DNA of 64,000 bases from Candidatus Latescibacterota bacterium (GTDB lineage Bacteria; Latescibacterota; UBA2968; UBA8231): contig CBDETK010000013.1 of assembly GCA_965242865.1 (NCBI GenBank), positions 1,824,001 through 1,888,000 of the forward strand, in the 5' to 3' direction. Under the pieces are notes generated by a model. It ran no database searches and was not told where the DNA came from. It saw only the letters and a program-made list of their open reading frames with translations. The translations under genes were made by a program, and so were the position numbers. Of this stretch, positions 1-9,421 are shown piece after piece. How positions within the stretch are numbered: the stretch's first letter is position 1; the number at the start of each line of letters is the position of its first letter.

Positions 1-335
1 TCGGGGGCATGGAGCAGCACGGGTGCCCGGTCTTCGCCAGCCCAAATTGGTTCGTCAAGCCCCCAATAAAAGAAATGCACACGCCTGCCATCGGGCACTA
101 CCTTCTCGTTGATCCAGCCGTTCTTTGTGTAGAGCACGACGAGATCGCCTGATTTAACTGCCTTGTACGGGAACCAGTACGTGTGATGTGCAGCTATCGT
201 TACGCTATCGCCTTGGAAGTCCGACTGAATCAAGATGTAATCCCCGACATCTGTATCGGCTCGTACACTCAAGACCAAGCGCTCTCTGTCTGCATGGCCC
301 CGATCTACGACTGCTTGAATGGCAAGTCTCATCAT
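1..335 (-). CDS. Small soluble beta-rich hypothetical protein, possibly lamin-tail-like; runs off the left window edge
   Basis: Not in the ORF track. Manual translation from ATG at 335 gives MMRLAIQAVVDRGHADRERLVLSVRADTDVGDYILIQSDFQGDSVTIAAHHTYWFPYKAVKSGDLVVLYTKNG...HFFYWGLDEPIW..., open to base 1. The ATG overlaps the TGA of the upstream gene (ATGA). Confidence 0.7.
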   Translation of the reverse strand, partial: MMRLAIQAVVDRGHADRERLVLSVRADTDVGDYILIQSDFQGDSVTIAAHHTYWFPYKAVKSGDLVVLYTKNGWINEKVVPDGRRVHFFYWGLDEPIWAGEDRAPVLLHAP

Positions 336-775
336 GACGCCTTTCCCCTTATGGCGGATACTGCCTTTGCGGCGATGCCGATAATAAGCGTCACAGCCCC
401 GAATATCCCTACACTCCAATCGAATGGTTGATCCGGTTGATCCGTCAAGGCCGGTCCGAATAATAAACCACCTACTGTCAAGCATCCCCCGAAAACGATG
501 TCAAGGGCCAGAGCGGTTCTGCTCTTTTGCTCCAGTACCGCCACCTTTTTGTCCGCTTCGTGAAAACGTTCCACATAGTGTTTGTACTTTTCGTTCTCTA
601 TCCCAAGTCGGTCAATTTCGCTTAACAAGAGTTTCTGAACGGCTGCATTCGCCAAATCTTGTTCTGTTAGTTCGCGCGAGATCTTCCGAAATGCCTGTTG
701 ACCTGCCGGATGACTAGGCCTCGATTGCCCTTCCGCATCTTCAAGGGTGATTTCTTTGATGTCCTGCTCTGTCAT
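332..775 (-). CDS. Coiled-coil protein with two C-terminal transmembrane helices
   Basis: 147 aa; charged helical N-half (LLLSEIDRL...FHEADKKVAVLEQK) followed by two hydrophobic segments; GGAGG RBS upstream. Confidence 0.75.
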   Translation of the reverse strand: MTEQDIKEITLEDAEGQSRPSHPAGQQAFRKISRELTEQDLANAAVQKLLLSEIDRLGIENEKYKHYVERFHEADKKVAVLEQKSRTALALDIVFGGCLTVGGLLFGPALTDQPDQPFDWSVGIFGAVTLIIGIAAKAVSAIRGKAS

Positions 776-852
776 GGCCCCTCCGTTTCAGTGCGGGTGT
801 GAGCTCTTCAAAAGTATGCTGTCTCGACCCAACCGGCGCAATAAGCCGCAAC

Positions 853-1926
853 TCAGCGGCCAAACGCGTACAATGTCCGCTTTTCGGTCGCCACCACGAC
901 CTCGTCGCCCAACGCCACGGGCGTCAAAACCGGCCCATCCAAGCGGTATTTCCACAATAGATGGCCGTCTTGGAGCTCCAAGGCGTAGAGATAGCTGTCG
1001 CTGGAGGCACTATATGCGGTGTGAGCCGTGGCGGCCGGACTGCTCCGCACCACGCCTCCGGTGGCAAACGTCCACCGCACCGCGCCCGTGGCCGCGTCTA
1101 GCCCATAGAGAGAGCGGTCGGCGCAGCCAACGACCAACACGCCAGCGGCCAGGGCCAATTCCGCGGTCGGCAGCGCACCCAAGGCCCGCTCCCACACCAC
1201 CCGGCCGGAGTCGCGGTGCGCGGCGAATACCCGACCGGAAGCTGTCGCCGCAACCACACAATCGCCGGCCGACACGGGCCGCGAGCGCACGGCTTCTCCC
1301 ACGTGGGTGCGCCAGCGCTCGTGGCCCGTGGCCGCGCTCAGAGCGACCAAGTCCCCGGCCGCAGTCCCGGCAACTGCGAGGTCGCCGCTCAGCGCCAGCC
1401 CGGCGCGCGCCAGCCCGCCCAATTCGGCGCACCACAGCACCAGCCCATCGGCTAGGCGCAACGCCTGGACCGCGCCTTCATCGTCCACCGCAATTAGGGT
1501 ATCGCCGCGCACGACCGGCACCTGACAAAACGCTCCCTCGCGCCGCCAACGCTCAGCGGCCGTCCGCCGGTCCAAGACCTGTAAGCTAGGCTTGCGGCCC
1601 AGCACCCCCAGCGCGTAGAGCACCCCGGCCAACTGCCCAGGGGCACACGCCATCTTGTCGTAGCCGTGCTTGCCCAACAGGACGCCGTTGCCCCGCGCCA
1701 GCGCGTAGAGGGTGGGCGCGGTGGTCAGTTGGAGGAGCAGGTCGCCGGCAAAGAGCGCACTCCCCAGCGGCGAGCCGTCCATTTTGTGCGTCCACAAAAG
1801 GCGCAGCGGCGGCTCAACCCCCATTGCACCGTGCCTTGGCTCGCCGAGGTAGAGCACCTTTTCGCCACAGGCCGCCAAGAGGCAGAACCCGAGCAGGGCG
1901 TATCTGTATCTAATAATCCCAGCCAA
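853..1926 (-). CDS. PQQ-like beta-propeller lipoprotein (BamB-like)
   Basis: Lipobox LLAAC; repeated ALDxxTGxxxW blades (e.g. LYGLDAATGAVRWTF); overlaps the Omp85 gene stop. Confidence 0.8.
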   Translation of the reverse strand: MAGIIRYRYALLGFCLLAACGEKVLYLGEPRHGAMGVEPPLRLLWTHKMDGSPLGSALFAGDLLLQLTTAPTLYALARGNGVLLGKHGYDKMACAPGQLAGVLYALGVLGRKPSLQVLDRRTAAERWRREGAFCQVPVVRGDTLIAVDDEGAVQALRLADGLVLWCAELGGLARAGLALSGDLAVAGTAAGDLVALSAATGHERWRTHVGEAVRSRPVSAGDCVVAATASGRVFAAHRDSGRVVWERALGALPTAELALAAGVLVVGCADRSLYGLDAATGAVRWTFATGGVVRSSPAATAHTAYSASSDSYLYALELQDGHLLWKYRLDGPVLTPVALGDEVVVATEKRTLYAFGR

Positions 1927-4699
1927 AGAAGAAGTCCCAGCGCGTGTCGTCGTCTATGGACTTGAAGTCCGTGCGCCGCGCCGCATCCAAGCGAAAGACG
2001 AAAACCCCGCCCAAGGCCAAGCGCACCCCCGCGCCAAACGCCGCCCGCCATTGATCAAAGTCGCGGTTCCACGCATTGCCCACATCGAAAAAGAGCGCGC
2101 CCCGAAAGGCACTGAACTCCATGGCGCCAAACGGAAAGTGGAGCAGAAACCGATCGACCAAGGGAAAGCGCAGTTCTTGGTTGAACAACACCATCTTGCT
2201 GCCCCACAGCGAGCGCCAGCCATAGCCCCGCAGCGTCCAACTGCCCCCCAAGGAGAAAAACTCGGGCACGACGCCGGTGGATCGCCGGCCCATCAGGCGC
2301 ACGGCCAACGCGCTGCGCTTGGAGAAGCGGAAGTAGTGCCGGTAGTCGCCAAAGAGCGCGATGTTGAACCGCCGCGAGGTCTTAAAGTCAATCGTCTGCG
2401 CCAGCCCAACGCTGTAGCGCCGGCCCTCCAGCGGCCCGGTCGGAATCCACAGGCTGCTGTCGTGGGTATAGCTGACGTAGTTGTTGGCCAGCCAGCCGGA
2501 CAGCTTGCGCCCCTCAAATTGCCGGTCAATATCGGCGCGGCGCAACGAGAGCCGGGTATCGATGCGGTCGTGCTGGGAAAAGGGATAGCTCAACCCAAGG
2601 TGGCCGCCCACGCGCTTTTCGCGCACGAACCGGCCAAAGCGGCTCGAAAAGCGGTCGTTGAGCCGGAACACGCCCCAATACACGTTGAGCCGCTGGCCGA
2701 GGTGGAGCCGCGACAAGGCCACGTTCAGGCCGTCGAAAAAGCCGGATTGGCTGGCGGCAATGTGCGAGAGCACAAAGTGGTACTGGTCGTTGCCCAGCAC
2801 ATCGCTCAGGGCCACTTGGATGCCGCCCGAGGTGCCAAATTCCGGGTCTTGCGAGATCTGGCCTTGGGCTATGTCAAAGCTCATCTTGCGCCTATAGGGC
2901 CGACTGGCGAGCTCGCTCTGGCCGTGCAGGCTCGCCAGCGTCCACGGCTCGGCCAGTGCTTCCTCCACGTGCTGATAGCTGACCTGCGCGCTGTCGGCCC
3001 AATCCACCGCGAGCTCGTAGATCTGGAAGCCTCCGCTCTCATAGCCAGAAAAGAGCAGGTGCTGGCCATCGGCCAACAGCACCGGATCAAACGCCCCGGT
3101 CAACACGTGGGTCAACTGCCGAGTCGTAGCGCGGTCGGCGGCGAGCTGCAGGGCGTAGATATTGTACGCGCCGGCGCGGTCCGAGCTAAAGACGATATGC
3201 CGACCGTCCGGCGACCAGCGCGGCTGCCCGTCGTTGTGCTCGCCGCGGCTGAGGGCCGAGATCTGCTCGGTCGCCAGATCGTACAGGAACAGGTTGTAGC
3301 GGCCGCGCCGCCCCCCGGGCCAGCGGTCCGAGCTAAAGACGATGTGCCGACCGTCCGGCGACCAGTCGGGTTCGCGGTCGTGGTACAGGTCGCGGCGCAA
3401 GGCGCGGAGGCTGTCGCCGGCGACATCGACCAGATAAATGTCGGTCCAGCCCCCTTCGTCGCTGCCAGCAAAGGCCAGCCGCTGCCCATCGGGCGCAAAC
3501 GCCGGCGACGCAATCGCGACGATCTCGGCAAACGACAAATCCCGCACCGCGCGCTTTTGTTCCACATCCCAGATATACAGGTGGTCGCGGCCCCGGCTCT
3601 TGGCGGCAAACGCCAGCCACTTGCCGTCCGGCGAAGCGGCTAGCCGCGTCGAGAGCGGGTGCAGGGATTCAAAGACCGGCAGACGCTCGCCTTCGACCAC
3701 GACCTCGGGCGCGCGACCATCGCGGTGGGAGCGGACGATCTGCGTATAGCCTTGATCGTTGCGGAAGTGATAGAATGCGCCGCTGTCGCCGGGCGCGATT
3801 TCGGGCTTGATGTTAAAGCCGCGTTGCGTGCGTGCGGTGGCCAATTCAGACGGCGGATCTCGGTCCGCAATCGCCGGCAGGTGCCGCTTGTGTAGGTGGT
3901 ATTGCCAAGCCTGATCAAACTTCTCCAAGGTCTCGCCGGTCGTGACCGCAAAAACTTCGGCAAAGGTCTCGCCGCGCCACCAATTGGCAAAGAGCTGCTC
4001 AAACACGTCCGGGCCGTGCCGCGCCGCCATGAAGTGGCAAATTGACTCGCCTTCTTTGTATAGCTGATAGGTGCCGTAGATGCGGTACATCTCGGCGATG
4101 GACACCAGCCGCCGCGCAAAGAGCGCGTCGCGCACCACCATGTCGCCAAAGCTGGTGCGCTCGCTCGACCAGTACTCGGCCAGCCCTTCGGAAAACCACA
4201 GCGGCGCCGGGCGGAAGTCCAACACCCCGTGCCGCGCCAGCACCCGGGCGATTCGGTCAAACGCGAAGACGTGGACCAACTCGTGGTGCAGCACCCGCTC
4301 GAATTCGGGCAGGGAGCCGCTCAGGGGCAACGCGACCCGCCCCTTGAGGTATTCGGTAAAGCCCGCTACCCCTTCGGGCAGGAGATTGGGAATGATATTG
4401 GTTTGTTCAAAGTAGATGTGCGAGGAATAGATCACCAGCGGCACTCGCCGCTGCACGGTGTGGGCGAACTTCTTTTCCAAGTCCGCGAACTGGCGCTCGG
4501 CCATTTGCGCGGCATACGCGGCTAGCTCGGCTTCTTCGGCAAAGAAGTACACGTCAAAGTGCTCGGTCTCCATCTTCCGCCACGCGAATTCCGCGTACTG
4601 CACCTTGTTTTGGCCAAAGCCCTGACCGGCGGCCGCTGAGGCCACGAGCAGCCAACCCAACGCGACATATACCCAGCCGCGCATACCCCGCTCCGCCAC
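1910..4699 (-). CDS. Omp85/BamA-TamA family protein with N-terminal zinc-peptidase-like domain and PD40/TolB-like propeller
   Basis: Signal peptide; HELVH zinc motif followed by WFSEGLAEY; repeated PxWSPDG motifs; C-terminal LGGSWTLRGY and FFDVGNAW barrel motifs. Confidence 0.85.
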   Translation of the reverse strand: MAERGMRGWVYVALGWLLVASAAAGQGFGQNKVQYAEFAWRKMETEHFDVYFFAEEAELAAYAAQMAERQFADLEKKFAHTVQRRVPLVIYSSHIYFEQTNIIPNLLPEGVAGFTEYLKGRVALPLSGSLPEFERVLHHELVHVFAFDRIARVLARHGVLDFRPAPLWFSEGLAEYWSSERTSFGDMVVRDALFARRLVSIAEMYRIYGTYQLYKEGESICHFMAARHGPDVFEQLFANWWRGETFAEVFAVTTGETLEKFDQAWQYHLHKRHLPAIADRDPPSELATARTQRGFNIKPEIAPGDSGAFYHFRNDQGYTQIVRSHRDGRAPEVVVEGERLPVFESLHPLSTRLAASPDGKWLAFAAKSRGRDHLYIWDVEQKRAVRDLSFAEIVAIASPAFAPDGQRLAFAGSDEGGWTDIYLVDVAGDSLRALRRDLYHDREPDWSPDGRHIVFSSDRWPGGRRGRYNLFLYDLATEQISALSRGEHNDGQPRWSPDGRHIVFSSDRAGAYNIYALQLAADRATTRQLTHVLTGAFDPVLLADGQHLLFSGYESGGFQIYELAVDWADSAQVSYQHVEEALAEPWTLASLHGQSELASRPYRRKMSFDIAQGQISQDPEFGTSGGIQVALSDVLGNDQYHFVLSHIAASQSGFFDGLNVALSRLHLGQRLNVYWGVFRLNDRFSSRFGRFVREKRVGGHLGLSYPFSQHDRIDTRLSLRRADIDRQFEGRKLSGWLANNYVSYTHDSSLWIPTGPLEGRRYSVGLAQTIDFKTSRRFNIALFGDYRHYFRFSKRSALAVRLMGRRSTGVVPEFFSLGGSWTLRGYGWRSLWGSKMVLFNQELRFPLVDRFLLHFPFGAMEFSAFRGALFFDVGNAWNRDFDQWRAAFGAGVRLALGGVFVFRLDAARRTDFKSIDDDTRWDFFFGWDY

Positions 4700-4706
4700 G
4701 CGCTGC

Positions 4707-5576
4707 TCAGTGCAAGGAGCGCAGAAACGACGGGCTGAACGCGCCGCGCGCCACTTCGGCGACCGGCCCCTTCATGGTCAGGTCGTAGTTTGCGCCCACG
4801 TCGATGTACAAGGCTCCGCCCGGGGCCTCAACCACAACCGGACTTTTGACCAAGCCCAGCCGCACGGCCGCGCTCGCGGCCGCACACGCCGACGACCCGG
4901 ACGCCTGCGTAGGGCCTGCGCCGCGCTCCCAGATCAGGATGTAGATCGCGTAGCGGCCCACAGGCACGGCGAGCTGCACGTTGGTGCGCCGGGGAAAAAG
5001 CGGGTGATTTTCCAGTGCCGGGCCCAAGGAGCGCAACTCGTCCTCGGTCCACTGCTCTCCCTGTTCGCGGAAGATGATGCAGTGGGGGTTGCCCACGCTG
5101 ACGCCGGTAAAGGTCAGGGACTGCCCATGGACGTCAATCGGCTGCGCCACGAGCTCTTCGGCCTTTAGTGTGCAGGGCAAGGCGGGCGGCGCAAACGTGG
5201 CTCGCCCCATCTCCACTGTGGCCGCGCTGGCGTCGCCGTGCTCGTCAAGGTGCAACTCAACGCGCACGAGGCCGCCCTCCGTCTCGATGGTGAACTGCTG
5301 CTTTTGCACTTGGCCGGTCGCGTGTAGGTAGCGGGCGAATATCCGCAAGCCATTGCCCGACTTTTCCGCCTCACTGCCGTCGGGGTTGTAAATCCGCAGG
5401 CCAAAGTCGGCTTTTTGCGACGGCACCAACGCGAGAATGCCATCGCTGCCCACGCCCCGGTGGCGGTCGCAAATCGCCCGGATATTGTCCGGCGTCAGCG
5501 CGAAGCTGAGCGCGGCCGGATCGACGGCAAGGTAGTCGTTGCCGAGGCCGTGTCCCTTGAAAAATTCGTTGTCCAT
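4707..5576 (-). CDS. dapF: Diaminopimelate epimerase
   Basis: KGHGLGNDY, IYNPDGSEAEKSGNGLR, VSVGNPH, TNVQ and WERGAG motifs. The usual catalytic Cys positions read Ser (see findings). Confidence 0.85.
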   Translation of the reverse strand: MDNEFFKGHGLGNDYLAVDPAALSFALTPDNIRAICDRHRGVGSDGILALVPSQKADFGLRIYNPDGSEAEKSGNGLRIFARYLHATGQVQKQQFTIETEGGLVRVELHLDEHGDASAATVEMGRATFAPPALPCTLKAEELVAQPIDVHGQSLTFTGVSVGNPHCIIFREQGEQWTEDELRSLGPALENHPLFPRRTNVQLAVPVGRYAIYILIWERGAGPTQASGSSACAAASAAVRLGLVKSPVVVEAPGGALYIDVGANYDLTMKGPVAEVARGAFSPSFLRSLH

Positions 5577-5673
5577 ATCGCCCCTTTTTCGCTTTTCTTG
5601 CAGAACTTAGGCCCCCATTCGGGTCGGGTCAAACGAAGTTGCTGAGGGGCTGTCCGCTGGTATATTACCTATA

Positions 5674-6477
5674 ATGTTGTGCTTAGTCGTCGCCTTAGCC
5701 GCCGAGGCTCGCCCCCTGATCGCGCACTACCGGCTGCGAGCCTTAGAGGGCCATCCCTATCGCATTTGCGCGGGAGATCAGACGCACCTGATCGTCTCCG
5801 GCGTCGGCAAAGTGGCGGCCGCCGCGGCCGCCGCGTATTTGCGCGCTCGGATTGGGGCGGCACCAGCGGCTTGGCTCAATGTCGGCGTCGCCGGGCACGG
5901 CCGCCATGCGGTGGGTGCCGCCCTGCTCGCGCACAAGGTCGTGGACGCGGCCCGCGACCAGTCCTTTTACCCCACCTTCACCGCGCCTCCGCCCTGCCGC
6001 ACCACCGTGCTCCACACCGTAGATCGCGCCCAGCCCGCGGCCGGCGACCTTGCGTTCGACATGGAGGCCAGCGGCTTTTGCGAGGTCGCGCAACGCTTTG
6101 CCACCAGCGAGCGGGTCCACTGCCTCAAGGTCGTCTCCGACAATCCGCAATGCCCCTATCAGACGCTCAACGCGAAAAAAGTAGAAGAGTTAATAGCAGC
6201 CCAACTCGACGCAGTCGCCCACGTCGGCCAACACCTGCGAGCACTCAGCCAGCAACTCCACGCGCTCCACGCCGACCCGCCCGGCTTGGCCGAGCTAACC
6301 GCCCACTGGCCGTTTACCGCCACGCAGCAACACCAGTTACGCGGCTTGCTGGTGCGCTGGCACACGCTCACCGGGGAACCTTTCTGCACCGCCGATGTCC
6401 GCGCCTTGCAACGCCGCGATGAGGTGCTCGCCCACCTCAAGCAGCGGCTGGCCGATGTGGAACTCATTTTGATCTAG
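5674..6477 (+). CDS. Nucleoside phosphorylase-family protein (MTA/SAH nucleosidase-like)
   Basis: VVALAAEA, SGVGKV, LNVGVAG, DMEASG and KVVSD motifs. Confidence 0.8.
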   Translation: MLCLVVALAAEARPLIAHYRLRALEGHPYRICAGDQTHLIVSGVGKVAAAAAAAYLRARIGAAPAAWLNVGVAGHGRHAVGAALLAHKVVDAARDQSFYPTFTAPPPCRTTVLHTVDRAQPAAGDLAFDMEASGFCEVAQRFATSERVHCLKVVSDNPQCPYQTLNAKKVEELIAAQLDAVAHVGQHLRALSQQLHALHADPPGLAELTAHWPFTATQQHQLRGLLVRWHTLTGEPFCTADVRALQRRDEVLAHLKQRLADVELILI

Positions 6478-6515
6478 CGGGCATGCCTACGGGATAACTA
6501 CTCCTCGGGTCTGGC

Positions 6516-6598
6516 CGAGCAGGGATTCTTGACCGGGTGCAGGCGATTCGATACCTTGGCAACCGTAAGAACTTTGGCATAATGCAGTGCTTCATTGA
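6516..6598 (+). repeat. 83-bp direct repeat, copy 1
   Basis: cgagcagggattcttgaccgggtgcaggcgattcgataccttggcaaccgtaagaactttggcataatgcagtgcttcattga matches 9039-9121 with 6 mismatches and no gaps. Confidence 0.95.
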
Positions 6599-6622
6599 AT
6601 GGTGATTCAGGAGTGAAACAGG

Positions 6623-7738
6623 ATGAATAGCTATAAAAGATATAATGCGCTAAGTCTTTTCTCTGGGGCCGGCGGAATGGATATAGGTGTACAGGATGAG
6701 GGATTCAACATTCTGGCACAGGTAGAAATAGATGAACACTGCTGCAACACACTACGTGCGGCAAGAGAACGCGAAAAAAGGGAGACCAAAATTGTTGAGT
6801 CAGATATTAGAGCGATTGATCCAGCTAAACTTCGCCAAGACCTACATTTAGAGAAAGGCGAACTCGACCTTCTTTTTGGCGGCCCTCCGTGTCAATCTTT
6901 CTCCTTAGCAGGAAAGCAACTTGGCTTAAAGGACGAGAGAGGCATGTTACTATTCGAGATTATCCGGTTTTGCGAAGAGTTAAAACCAAAGGTGATTTTA
7001 GTAGAGCAAGTAAAAGGGCTTCTTTCATCAAAAGGCTCCAAGCAGCGCAAAGGCGAAATTTTCGAAAAATTTTTAATCGCCTTAGAAAACGCTGGTTACT
7101 CTTCCAAATGGAGGGTTATCACAGCCGCAGATTACGGTGTACCTCAACTGCGAGAGCGATTATTCGTGATAGCCACCCTAGGAAAAAACGGCTTTTCCTT
7201 CCCAGAGCGAATATATGCTCCGCTAAAAGAATGCAATGGATTGTTTTCGTATAAACCTCATATCAGCATTGGTTCCGCGATTGAAAATTTAGGAATACCT
7301 TCGCCGAAAATTAGGGGAACGACCTTTTATAACCGCGAGGACAGTCACGTCGATGTGACGCCAGCTAGGGACCGAGAACGCATCGCACAGGTTCCCGAGG
7401 GATCATATCTGGCCGCTCAACCTCATTTGGGCCAAGAACTACTTAGAGGTCTTAAACCAAAAGATACCACAAAGTATTTAAGGCTACACAGAGATCGGCC
7501 CGCTAATACGTTGCGCTGTGGAGAGATTTTCTATCATCCCGTCGAAGATAGGTATCTCACTCCGCGGGAATACATGAGAATTCACGGCTATCCCGATTCG
7601 TATATACTAAAAGGACCCATACGCAGCAGAACGGGCACCGTGAAAAACTTAGACCAGCATCGGCAGGTTGCAAATTCAGTTCCACCCCCTCTCGCAAAGG
7701 CCCTAGCGAGCAAAATTTTCGAGTACCTAAATGAGTAA
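6623..7738 (+). CDS. DNA (cytosine-5)-methyltransferase
   Basis: Motif I LFSGAGG, motif IV GGPPCQSFS, motif VI EQV, motif VIII YGVPQLRER, motifs IX/X LTPREYMRIHGYP...QVANSVPP; AGGAG RBS; visibly AT-richer than flanks. Confidence 0.95.
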   Translation: MNSYKRYNALSLFSGAGGMDIGVQDEGFNILAQVEIDEHCCNTLRAAREREKRETKIVESDIRAIDPAKLRQDLHLEKGELDLLFGGPPCQSFSLAGKQLGLKDERGMLLFEIIRFCEELKPKVILVEQVKGLLSSKGSKQRKGEIFEKFLIALENAGYSSKWRVITAADYGVPQLRERLFVIATLGKNGFSFPERIYAPLKECNGLFSYKPHISIGSAIENLGIPSPKIRGTTFYNREDSHVDVTPARDRERIAQVPEGSYLAAQPHLGQELLRGLKPKDTTKYLRLHRDRPANTLRCGEIFYHPVEDRYLTPREYMRIHGYPDSYILKGPIRSRTGTVKNLDQHRQVANSVPPPLAKALASKIFEYLNE

Positions 7739-8831
7739 AATTTTTGAACTATTTGGCCATCCACTAACTTCAAGTCATTCTGACGCGATTGATTGTCGTG
7801 CGAGGGCTTGGTGTCCATTCATGGACAGTGAATGCGATGGAGGCGGCAATAGGCACCTCTCCGTTTTGCAGTTGCCGGACCATCCACAATTGGCTCAGCA
7901 GTTCCTTGGCAAAGAGACCGTTCAGGTAGGAGTCTGTTCACTCTTGGTGAGCGGGAAGCCTTGGATTGTTTGCCCTAGACGCTTATTCGCCTTGCGAGAT
8001 TCCAACCGTTCTCAGCTTCAGGCAAAAGTTCGAGAGAACCTAATCCAATACAGCGAATTGGATAGAGCAACCGAATATCGAGCATGGTCTGAGGTAAAGA
8101 TAAAATTCTCAAGAGAAGAAAAAGAAAAATCATTCGACTATACCTTCGACTATGTTTTGTCGGGAAGACGCAGAAAGTCACTTAGTGAAATATCAAAATT
8201 AGTCCAAAAGAACGAGCGAGAATGTGAGAAGATTGCAATCCAAAATAATTTCACGCTGGAAAGGCATGCTGGAGAGCACTGGGTAGTCGATTTTCCTGCT
8301 GACCCAGTCGTAATCGTCGAGGTTATGACTTCATCTACCTCTGGAGGAAACAAAAAGAATAGGACGCGGATAGGAATGGCTTTTGAGGATGCAATTCTGA
8401 AAGGGGACGACCACGAAGGCCCTGGTATCAACTACAGACAAGTGTGGGCGCGAATGGCCAGTCAACTTATTGTAAAATCACAGGTTGGTTTGGCTTGGGG
8501 AGGGAAAACTATTTGGATTGTACAGGATGCTTTAGCGGACTATATTTCTTCTTCGACCGGACTCGATCTCCAACGATTTATCAGTAACACTCCAGATGAG
8601 GTGAACATATTGTCCTTTGGATATGGAAACGATCCCGAGCCGGAAGAGGACTCCGGAATCGTCCCTCTATGTAAATCCCAGCTATATGCAGGACCAGTAT
8701 CTTCAACCAAAGACTCCGATAAGGGTGGTGGATTTACGGATATCATCACCATCGGCGTACCACCGCCGAAAGATCACTTATGGAGATCGCTTTTCCGCAA
8801 GTCTCCGTGTGGTAGCCTTAATAGGACGTAG
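7731..8831 (+). CDS. NotI-family restriction endonuclease
   Basis: N-terminal ELFG, then the Cys4 pattern CPF..C...GVCS...IVCPRR; FDYVL and IVEVMT PD-(D/E)xK-like elements; overlaps the C5 MTase stop. Confidence 0.8.
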   Translation: MSKIFELFGHPLTSSHSDAIDCRARAWCPFMDSECDGGGNRHLSVLQLPDHPQLAQQFLGKETVQVGVCSLLVSGKPWIVCPRRLFALRDSNRSQLQAKVRENLIQYSELDRATEYRAWSEVKIKFSREEKEKSFDYTFDYVLSGRRRKSLSEISKLVQKNERECEKIAIQNNFTLERHAGEHWVVDFPADPVVIVEVMTSSTSGGNKKNRTRIGMAFEDAILKGDDHEGPGINYRQVWARMASQLIVKSQVGLAWGGKTIWIVQDALADYISSSTGLDLQRFISNTPDEVNILSFGYGNDPEPEEDSGIVPLCKSQLYAGPVSSTKDSDKGGGFTDIITIGVPPPKDHLWRSLFRKSPCGSLNRT

Positions 8832-9038
8832 TCGCCTCATGTCCGCTGTGCGGCATTGATATTATGGATCTCAGAAAGGTGGGGCGTCGTCACCAAGGAA
8901 CCCCATCGTTTTGGCCCCCAGTACGATCACGAGTTCGTGTCCACAGGTGCCCCTTCTCATTCGTCTTCGAGAACTTAGGTCCCTGCTCAGGCAGGGGCAA
9001 ACAGCGCTACCGAAGGGCGGCCAGCCGATATTGATGTT

Positions 9039-9121
9039 CGAGCAGAGATTCTTGACCGGGTGCAGGCGATTCGATACTTTGGCAACCGTAAGAACCTCGG
9101 CATCACGCAGTGCTTCATTGA
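9039..9121 (+). repeat. 83-bp direct repeat, copy 2
   Basis: About 93% identical to 6516-6598; ends exactly where the truncated endonuclease frame begins. Confidence 0.95.
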
Positions 9122-9127
9122 GGTAGC

Positions 9128-9421
9128 CTAAACATTCACCACACAATTTTTGTCGATGAATCGCGAACCGCAGATTTTCAGACAACAAGCGGCATCCTGA
9201 GAATTCTTGAAAATGAGGGGAATTTCGACGATATGCTCGCTTTCTTTGCTGAGAGAATGCTTCCGCTCGACGATATTCAGGCGCAGGCACTTGCAGAAGA
9301 AGTGATAGCAAATCCTCCTGGAATCGGATATCTGACCATCTCTAATGCACTTCAATGGCGACTTCAATACAGCCGCGTGATTCAGCAAGCGGGAGTAGTT
9401 ATCGGAATCGAAACATTATGA
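9128..9421 (+). pseudogene. 3' remnant of a Type II restriction endonuclease
   Basis: Frame reads LNIHHTIFVDESRTADFQTTSGILRILENEGNFDD...GYLTISNALQWRLQYSRVI. I recognise this as the C-terminal half of the endonuclease usually paired with the next MTase. In-frame TGA at 9119-9121 upstream; its stop overlaps the MTase ATG. Confidence 0.65.

Noticed and set aside
6516-9121. Integron attC sites
   Set aside because: The 83-bp repeats show no clear RYYYAAC...GTTRRRY ends or long internal palindrome, and there is no integron integrase.
8871-9311. 146-aa minus-strand ORF in the R-M island
   Set aside because: It spans the repeat and the antisense of the endonuclease remnant, so it is most likely a chance frame across a rearrangement junction.
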